DNA from: a virus
IMG/VR virus record: IMGVR_UViG_3300019124_000017
Span: 1 to 39,540 of that record
Strand: one strand, 5' to 3'
DNA: 39,540 nt
The notes beneath the pieces are model-generated. The model made no database searches, was not told the DNA's origin, and saw nothing but the letters and a program-made list of their open reading frames with translations. The position numbers and the translations under genes were made by a program. Shown piece after piece: positions 34,063 through 39,540 of the stretch. Each line of letters begins with the position of its first letter. Within the stretch, counting starts at the first letter, position 1.

Positions 34063-34449
34063 TCAGCAGCCGCCGCGCTCGCGCATCACACGCCGCTGCG
34101 GCCGGTTGCGACGGCGCTCGACGCGGCCGGCCAGTGGCAGGTGCAGATCGATCCCCTCGCCGTATTCGTTGGCGAGGCGGCGCTCGGCATGGTCGGCGCC
34201 CCCTTTACGCTGGGCATCCGGCTCGCCGGACGCCTTTGGTGCGGTGGCACCGTCAGCCTGCGTCCCAGCCGCCCCCAGCAGAGAGGGCGGCAGGTGGCGG
34301 CGCGCCAGCGCTGCCAGCACCCGGTTCTCTATGTCCTTCGTGAGCACGACGGGCCACTGCGACACCGCCTGGACAGAGATCCCGCAAGCCTCGGCCGCAC
34401 TCCGGGGGGTGCCGCCCAGCAGTCGGATCGCTTCTTTCTTTTCCATCAT
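34063..34449 (-). CDS. Cro/YdaS-like HTH regulator with a long basic C-terminal extension. The maximal ORF extends to 34461.
   Basis: MMEKKEAIRLLGGTPRSAAEACGISVQAVSQWP. It is divergent from the cI-like gene. Confidence 0.65.
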   Translation of the reverse strand: MMEKKEAIRLLGGTPRSAAEACGISVQAVSQWPVVLTKDIENRVLAALARRHLPPSLLGAAGTQADGATAPKASGEPDAQRKGGADHAERRLANEYGEGIDLHLPLAGRVERRRNRPQRRVMRERGGC

Positions 34450-34452
34450 CGG

Positions 34453-34488
34453 ATTAAACATGCTTAACCGTCTGACTGTCAAGCATGC
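34453..34488 (-). promoter_or_regulatory. PR-like promoter (TTGACA-18-TTTAAT) overlapped by operator-like GCATGCTTGACAG / ACATGCTTAAC sites.
   Basis: The -35 is the reverse complement of 34477-34482 and the -10 is the reverse complement of 34453-34458. An inverted pair CATGCTTAAC-9-GTCAAGCATG is present. Confidence 0.5.
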
Positions 34489-34525
34489 CTTACCCCTTCC
34501 CGGCACCGCGCTTAAGCTGGCTTAC

Positions 34526-34990
34526 ATGGATGAGGAAAAGGGCGGCCCGAGACGGAAACTCGTGAAGTTTCCCGAGGCGGCAGCGCGCCTACACGAAGCC
34601 ATCGCGCGCTCGGGCCTAGACCCAACAGAGGCCAGGCGCCTGCTTGTGCAGCGCCTCGGCATCAGCAATTCCGCGATCGGCGATGCCCTTAAGGGGTTCA
34701 CGCGGCTGCGGGCAGACAACACAGCGCTGGCCGCCCGCGCGCTGAACGTCAGCGCCCATTGGCTGGCAACAGGCGAGGGCTCGCTGGACCCCGGGCTATC
34801 GCCCGAGGTGATGCGGATCGCCGTTCAGCTCGAATCGCTCAAGAGTGACCCCGCTCGGCGCGCGTGGGCGATTCGCTTCTGCGAGCTATTTGCGTTTGCT
34901 CGCCCGCCTCAGACGGCCGCGGAGACTCTGGATCTGGTCGCAGAGGTGACCGGCGAACTTCGAGCCACCCCTGCGCATCTAGGAGGCTGA
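34526..34990 (+). CDS. cI-like repressor with an HTH and no S24 peptidase domain.
   Basis: 154 aa from MDEEKGGPRRKLVKFPEAAARLHEAIARSGL...LGISNSAIGDALKG...ALNVSAHWLATGEG. It is divergent from the Cro-like gene. Confidence 0.65.
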   Translation: MDEEKGGPRRKLVKFPEAAARLHEAIARSGLDPTEARRLLVQRLGISNSAIGDALKGFTRLRADNTALAARALNVSAHWLATGEGSLDPGLSPEVMRIAVQLESLKSDPARRAWAIRFCELFAFARPPQTAAETLDLVAEVTGELRATPAHLGG

Positions 34991-35312
34991 CAAACGGCAT
35001 CCGCGTCCTGCCCGTGCGGGCCGCGCGCATGCAATACCGCCAGGCGGTGCGCTCCAGCGCCTCATCGACCAGCAGCCCGGCAGCGACCTCCACCACGTCG
35101 CCATCCTCGGCTGTGAACATACTATCGAGCCCATGCTCGCACAGCGTGACAACTGCGCCCCGCATGTCGATCAACGCCTTGACAGCGCTTGCACGCGCCA
35201 ACTCGTCGCGCAACAGCCGCCGCACGCCAGCGGCGCCCTCTGCTGTCAATAGCCCGGTGACTTGCAACAGCAGCGCCCCGCCAATCCGATATACCTCCAC
35301 ACGCACCGACAC
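34839..35312 (-). CDS. STAS-domain-like (anti-sigma-antagonist fold) protein in the immunity region.
   Basis: 157 aa. MSVRVEVYRIGGALLLQVTGLLTAEGAAGVRRLLRDELARASAVKALIDMRGAVVTL...FVSLLDAQGWL. The 3' 152 nt overlap the cI-like gene convergently. Confidence 0.45.
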   Translation of the reverse strand: MSVRVEVYRIGGALLLQVTGLLTAEGAAGVRRLLRDELARASAVKALIDMRGAVVTLCEHGLDSMFTAEDGDVVEVAAGLLVDEALERTAWRYCMRAARTGRTRMPFVSLLDAQGWLEVRRSPLRPDPESPRPSEAGEQTQIARRSESPTRAERGHS

Positions 35313-35550
35313 TTTTTGCCCTTCTTGGTTTAAAGCCCACTCCTGCCCCCCCTAGATTTAGGGGGGCCGTCTCCGGGGAAACGTAGATCGGGGCCAAAAC
35401 CCGACACAGCTTGTCACAAAAGTTCAGTCTTGCCACCGTTCGGTCCCTGCGGCACTGACCTGCAAACGACTGATCACCGGAGCCACTGCGGCACACGCAA
35501 AGGGCAGGTGCACCGTGCACCGCGTGAAAGTACCTACAGCTTGAGATCAT

Positions 35551-35585
35551 GCATGCTTGACAGCGTTTAAAGCATGCTTGATCAT
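35551..35585 (+). promoter_or_regulatory. PL-like early promoter (TTGACA-17-GATCAT) with two GCATGCTTGA(C/T) operator-like repeats 21 bp apart.
   Basis: TTGACA lies at 35557-35562. The 13-mer GCATGCTTGACAG at 35551-35563 is identical to the reverse complement of 34476-34488. Confidence 0.5.
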
Positions 35586-35610
35586 GCCGCCATCGCAACC
35601 GGAGACCGCG

Positions 35611-35796
35611 ATGGCCACCAGAAGCTACCGCTGCTACTACCACCCCCGCCCTGACGAACCCGCCGAGTCCGGCGTGCTGCCCTCCGTGCAGCTGCAGGCC
35701 AGCAGCGCGGAAGAAGCCGCCCGGCTGGCCTTTATCACCCTCGGCAAGCCGGTCGACCGCGTGGAGCGCATCGAGCCCGAGCAGGTGGCAGCGTGA
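35611..35796 (+). CDS. Small hypothetical early protein.
   Basis: 61 aa. GGAGA lies 6 nt upstream of the ATG. It is the first gene after the PL-like promoter. Confidence 0.55.
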   Translation: MATRSYRCYYHPRPDEPAESGVLPSVQLQASSAEEAARLAFITLGKPVDRVERIEPEQVAA

Positions 35797-35978
35797 CAGG
35801 CTACCGCCCCACCGCCAACTTCGTGGCCGTCGCCCTCGTGGCCGCCCTGGCCTTCGCCTGGTTGACCGCTTGCGGCGGCGGCGACGCCGAGCCCGGCACC
35901 TGCGACCAAGCCGCGCAGCACCTGCCCCCGGACAGCAAGGCCCGCCCCGCCGAGCCCTGCCCGCCGGCCAGCCGCTGA
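35793..35978 (+). CDS. Small lipoprotein.
   Basis: 61 aa with a GTG start overlapping the upstream stop. Signal peptide plus lipobox AFAWLTAC|GGGD. Confidence 0.5.
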   Translation: MTGYRPTANFVAVALVAALAFAWLTACGGGDAEPGTCDQAAQHLPPDSKARPAEPCPPASR

Positions 35979-35988
35979 AGGCCTGTCG

Positions 35989-36138
35989 ATGACGCTCGCC
36001 AACGCCCTGGCCCTGCTGCGCGGCACCCCTGCCCCGCAGCCCACGCCGGTGCCGCTGCCACCGCAGCCCGCACCGCCCATCAGCGACGAACAGTGCCGCG
36101 CCGTGGACGACACGGCGGGGCTGGAGGCTCGCCCATGA
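35989..36138 (+). CDS. Small Pro-rich hypothetical protein.
   Basis: 49 aa (MTLANALALLRGTPAPQPTPVPLPPQP...). It is below the ORF-track size cutoff. ATGA overlap with the next gene. Confidence 0.4.
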   Translation: MTLANALALLRGTPAPQPTPVPLPPQPAPPISDEQCRAVDDTAGLEARP

Positions 36139-36431
36139 CTGCCCGCCTGCTCGACCCCAAATTCCGCTACGTGCCCGCCGCGGCCACGGACATTCGCAAG
36201 ACCTTTGCGCGCATCCGTCGGCAACAGGCCCAGGCCGCCGCCGGCAACGCGCCCGCGCCCGGCCCGGCTGATGAAGCCGACGCACAGCCCGCCCAGGCCC
36301 ACCTCGAGCTGGTGGTGCCCGCCCCCAGCGGCTGGGCGCGACGCCAGGCCGGCCGCATCACCGTCGACGAGCAGGTCGCCATCGCCGCGCTCGCGCTGCT
36401 GGTGACCGCCGCGGCGCTGGGAGGGCTGTGA
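36135..36431 (+). CDS. Hypothetical protein with a C-terminal TM anchor.
   Basis: 98 aa from MTARLLDPKFRYVPAAATDIRKTF. Tail VAIAALALLVTAAALGGL. Confidence 0.5.
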   Translation: MTARLLDPKFRYVPAAATDIRKTFARIRRQQAQAAAGNAPAPGPADEADAQPAQAHLELVVPAPSGWARRQAGRITVDEQVAIAALALLVTAAALGGL

Positions 36432-36736
36432 CCATGCGCCTGATCACCCACGACACCGCCCCTGGCACCGCCCACCACGTCGACACCCTGCGCGGCTGCG
36501 GCAGCCCTTGCTGGCAGGGCCGCGAGGTTTGCACCTGCCACATGGGCCAGCCGGAGGCCGCCAGCGCGTGCAGCGAGCTGCTGGCCAACGATTGGGACGG
36601 CGCCGAGCTGCACGCGCTTCAGCAGGCCCAGCGGCTGGCGCGCGCGCTCGACGCGCTGCTGGCGGTGGTGCTGACCGGCAGCCTGGCCGCGCTGCTGGCC
36701 GCGGCGTGGCTGACCACCGGGGGCCTGCCCACATGA
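36428..36736 (+). CDS. Cys-rich hypothetical protein with a C-terminal TM anchor.
   Basis: 102 aa. CGSPCWQGREVCTCH, then LLAVVLTGSLAALLAAAWL. Confidence 0.5.
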   Translation: MTMRLITHDTAPGTAHHVDTLRGCGSPCWQGREVCTCHMGQPEAASACSELLANDWDGAELHALQQAQRLARALDALLAVVLTGSLAALLAAAWLTTGGLPT

Positions 36737-37071
36737 GCCCCGACCTGATCCGCCTCACCGGCCACCTGCACCGCGACGCGCGCACCGCCGCCGGCGTTGA
36801 CGGCAGCGCCTTCCTGATCGTGGAGGTGAGCCAGGGCCAGCGCAGCGTGTGCGCCGTGGCGCGCCACCGCATGGGCACCGGCCCCGCAGCCCACTTCGCC
36901 GCGCAAAACCGCGCCTACCACCTGCGCCGCGGCGCCCGCGTCACCGTCTACGCCACCGGCTGGACGGTGGACCCCGCCAACCAGCAGCTGGTGCTGTGCG
37001 GGGTGTCGCGCGTGGAGGCGATGGACGCGCCCGCCATCACTCACGAGCCCGCAACCGAGGCCACCGCATGA
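36733..37071 (+). CDS. Hypothetical early protein.
   Basis: 112 aa from MSPDLIRLTGHLHRDART. ATGA overlaps at both ends. Confidence 0.5.
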   Translation: MSPDLIRLTGHLHRDARTAAGVDGSAFLIVEVSQGQRSVCAVARHRMGTGPAAHFAAQNRAYHLRRGARVTVYATGWTVDPANQQLVLCGVSRVEAMDAPAITHEPATEATA

Positions 37072-37547
37072 CCACCGCCCTGCTTCTTTTCGCCGCCACC
37101 TTCTGCGTGGTCTTCGCGCTCGGCCTGCAAAGCCTGAACGTCAACGGCGGCCACCGGCTGGCCGCGGCGCTCACGTCCTTTCTGATCGGCACCAGCCAGC
37201 TGTATCTGTTCAAGGTGCTGCCCGGCCCCACTGACGCCCTGCAGGTGGCCTGCTACCTGCTCGGCGGCCCGCTGGGCATCGTGTGCAGCATGGTGGCGCA
37301 CCCCTGGCTGATGGCCCGCCTGCTCAAGCGCCCGGCTTCCTCGGCCGCAGTGCCGCAGCCCGCGCCCCAGCCGGCCCCGCCGCCGCCCCTGCGCCCGCCG
37401 CGCGACGTCACCGCCGCCGACGTGGAGCACACCCGCCTGCACCAGCTGGCGCGTGACCTTCTCGACCCCGAGGCCCTGGGCTACGCGGTGCCGCCCGAAG
37501 TGCGCAACCGTGCCCGCCAAGCCCTCGGCATGACCCACCGGGAGTAA
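37068..37547 (+). CDS. Integral membrane protein with about 3 TM helices and a Pro-rich linker.
   Basis: 159 aa from MTTALLLFAATFCVVFALGLQSL. Confidence 0.55.
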   Translation: MTTALLLFAATFCVVFALGLQSLNVNGGHRLAAALTSFLIGTSQLYLFKVLPGPTDALQVACYLLGGPLGIVCSMVAHPWLMARLLKRPASSAAVPQPAPQPAPPPPLRPPRDVTAADVEHTRLHQLARDLLDPEALGYAVPPEVRNRARQALGMTHRE

Positions 37548-37552
37548 CCGCC

Positions 37553-38056
37553 ATGCCCCGCAGCCACAAGCCCCGCAAGCGCTACGTGCCCAAGCGCGCC
37601 GACCACTTCGCCATCGCCGGCAACACCATCGTGCGCGCCCGCACCCGCCAATGCACCGCTCCGCTGGACGACACCCAGCTGCGCGACCTGGCCATCGGCT
37701 ACCACGGCGCGCTCGACAGCATGCGCCGCGGCGCCGCGACCGGCGACGACTTCACCACCCTGGCCCTGGGCGCCAACGTCGCGCTGGTGCTGTGCGAGCT
37801 GGGCCTGGGCGAGGAATGGATCGACAAGGTGAAGCAAGGCCAGGACGCGCTGGTGTGCTTGCAGGCCCGCAGCGCCAAGCTGCGCGGCCGCTACGTGCTC
37901 ACCGGCGGCGAGCTGCAGGCCCTGCAGGCCATGCTGGAGCTGCACGACGCCCAGCTCGCCAGCCCCGACTGCACGCAAGGCATGCTCAGCGCCTGCCTGG
38001 TGGAAATCACGCGCCGCATGCACGCCGGCGACGTGCTGGAGGCGCAAGCCGCGTAA
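37553..38056 (+). CDS. Conserved hypothetical early protein.
   Basis: 167 aa with a basic N-terminus, MPRSHKPRKRYVPKR. Confidence 0.55.
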   Translation: MPRSHKPRKRYVPKRADHFAIAGNTIVRARTRQCTAPLDDTQLRDLAIGYHGALDSMRRGAATGDDFTTLALGANVALVLCELGLGEEWIDKVKQGQDALVCLQARSAKLRGRYVLTGGELQALQAMLELHDAQLASPDCTQGMLSACLVEITRRMHAGDVLEAQAA

Positions 38057-38060
38057 GACC

Positions 38061-38315
38061 ATGGCCGCAACAGCCCACCACCTGCCCACCCACGACCTGC
38101 CCACCGGCGAGTTTCTGACGGCCGCCGAGCTGGCGGACCTGACCGGCAAGACCACCGGCGCCGCGCAATGCCGCGCGCTCGACGACATGGGATGGCGCTA
38201 TGTGCGCCGCGGCAACACGCCGGTGGTGGGCCGCTGGTATGCCCGACTGCGCGCCGCGGGCCTGAGCCCCACCAACGCCGCGAACGACGAGCCCGACCTG
38301 GGCGCGGTTTCTTGA
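38061..38315 (+). CDS. DUF4224-like small DNA-binding protein, a possible excisionase or accessory factor.
   Basis: 84 aa. FLTAAELADLTGKTTGAAQCRALDDMGWRYVRRGNTPVV pattern. Confidence 0.45.
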   Translation: MAATAHHLPTHDLPTGEFLTAAELADLTGKTTGAAQCRALDDMGWRYVRRGNTPVVGRWYARLRAAGLSPTNAANDEPDLGAVS

Positions 38316-38329
38316 GCAAAGGCAACAGC

Positions 38330-39540
38330 ATGACCCAAGACCACCAAGCGCTGGCCGCCCTGCGCCGGCTGATCGCCAACGACGCGCACGCCTGCACGTT
38401 CCAGAGCTTCGGCCAGTACCGCACAGCGCTGCTGGAGCACATCGACAAGCTCGCCGCCCTCGCCCAGCAGGAGGCAGCAGAGCCGGCGGGCTTCCACGAC
38501 AAGGACCAACCGGAGGGCATCGCCTGGTGCCCCGGCTACCCGGACAAGCTGCAGGACATAACGCCCCTCTACACCACCCCACCAGCACCACAGCACGCAG
38601 GGGCGGCAGAACCCGTCGGCAGCGTGGTGTGGAGCATTACTGGCAGGCCAGTGTTTGCGTCGTTGAACCCGGAATGGTTTGCGTCCCTGCGACACAGCAA
38701 ATCGCCCGTGCCCCTCTACACCACTCCCACCCCTGCAGCACAGGGGCTGACGGATGCGCAGATCGACACGCTGCTGCATGAGATCGATCGCATTGCCAGG
38801 GAGTACGACGTGCACGAGTACGGGCTGCCACTTGGTATCGACGACGACGCGTACTCAGCACCACAGGCCGCAATGATCGCCGCCGTTCGCGCCGCCCTCG
38901 CCACCACCGAGCAGGCACCCGCGCCGTCTATCGCCCTCCCTATCGACCAATCTATCGCCATTCGCGCAGAAAGGGGTGATAGGGCCGAGCAGGCACCCGC
39001 AGCACTGACGTGGCCGGTGATGCCGCCCTCAAAGGGGCAGTCGCCCGTGCTTTTCGAGGATGGGTACGCCGAGGGATGGGCGAAGTGCGATTCGCAATAC
39101 CGCGCCCTGCTCGCCGCCGCTCCCTCAGTGCCCGAGCAGGCAGAGCAGCCGGCAGTGGCGGGGCCTGTTGCTCGCGCGCTTGAAGCCTCGTATCTCAACG
39201 CCACGCTCGCCACCCCCACAGCACCCGCACAGCAGGCAGAGCAGCCGGCAGTGGACGTTGGGCAGATGGAATACCGAGGCAACAGCGTCGCTTACATCTA
39301 CCAGAAGTTGACCGCGTACCGGAGTGCGATCGACAAGGCGTGGGACGCAATGCGCGCCGCTGGCTTCCCACCTGACGGCAAGACCGCACTTGCTGATGCC
39401 ATCACCGCCGCAATCGCCGCCGCTCCCTCAGTGCCCGAGCAGGCAGAGCAGCCGGCAGTAGCGGATGAGCGGGCTATGCTTTGCGCAAACTGCGGCAAGC
39501 ACTTGGAGCAGGCAGAGGGCTGCATCAGCGACTACCCAGA
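38330..39540 (+). CDS. 5' part of a junction-spanning modular early protein of about 621 aa in total. It continues at 1..782.
   Basis: ATG at 38330 (MTQDHQALAALRRLIANDAH...) with no stop to the window end. It is in frame with 18..782 once 39414 is equated with position 1. High GC3. It contains AAAPSVPEQAEQPAV linkers. Confidence 0.65.
   Translation, partial: MTQDHQALAALRRLIANDAHACTFQSFGQYRTALLEHIDKLAALAQQEAAEPAGFHDKDQPEGIAWCPGYPDKLQDITPLYTTPPAPQHAGAAEPVGSVVWSITGRPVFASLNPEWFASLRHSKSPVPLYTTPTPAAQGLTDAQIDTLLHEIDRIAREYDVHEYGLPLGIDDDAYSAPQAAMIAAVRAALATTEQAPAPSIALPIDQSIAIRAERGDRAEQAPAALTWPVMPPSKGQSPVLFEDGYAEGWAKCDSQYRALLAAAPSVPEQAEQPAVAGPVARALEASYLNATLATPTAPAQQAEQPAVDVGQMEYRGNSVAYIYQKLTAYRSAIDKAWDAMRAAGFPPDGKTALADAITAAIAAAPSVPEQAEQPAVADERAMLCANCGKHLEQAEGCISDYP
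39414..39540. repeat. Terminal direct repeat, copy 2. Identical to 1-127.
   Basis: Same 127-nt string as the window start. The reading frame of the ORF starting at 38330 continues into the frame of ORF 18..782. Confidence 0.9.

Noticed and set aside
34460-34525. Longer form of the repressor starting at the ATG at 34460 (MLNRLTVKHALPLPG...).
   Set aside because: That ATG sits inside the operator and -10 region and overlaps the Cro-like start codon on the other strand. The ATG at 34526 leaves a normal divergent promoter spacer.

Overview
High-GC, gene-dense window that reads as the complete genome of a lambdoid temperate siphovirus, probably from a beta-proteobacterium-like host. Bases 1-127 are identical to 39414-39540, so the unique length is 39,413 bp, and one ORF reads in frame across that junction, so the molecule closes on itself. 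Minus strand, from about 34460 down to 5450, is one long rightward-type operon: Cro-like, CII-like, small wHTH, HNH_3-like, replication initiator with internal iterons, DnaB, Q-like late regulator, HNH, TerS, TerL, HK97-type portal, protease and major capsid, a 4.6-kb block of unknown virion-type genes including a beta-helix depolymerase-like protein, connector/adaptor/tail-completion genes, major tail, G/GT chaperone with an A_AAA_AAC -1 frameshift site, tape measure, a GTA/J-type tail tip, a Tfa-like gene, and a lysis cassette (two membrane proteins, GH19 endolysin, i-spanin with embedded o-spanin). Plus strand holds the cI-like repressor at 34526 and a leftward-type early operon from a TTGACA promoter at 35557. 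That operon has many small membrane or unknown proteins, a DUF4224/Xis-like gene, the junction-spanning modular repeat protein, a C5-methyltransferase-like protein and Lar, and it ends with the tyrosine integrase (2721-3788). attP is a 59-nt 3' fragment of tRNA-Leu(UAA) at 4348-4406, flanked by TTGCGGAAA arm-type repeats. Lower-GC cargo genes flank attP: a membrane protein on the int side, and a small basic ORF plus a PEP-CTERM sorting-signal protein on the other side. Most worth follow-up: the phage-borne PEP-CTERM protein, the unknown gene block inserted in the head module, the repeat-linked modular early protein, a STAS-like gene in the immunity region that overlaps cI convergently, and the minimal MTase-like gene. 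All family assignments come from motif reading by eye; no searches were run.
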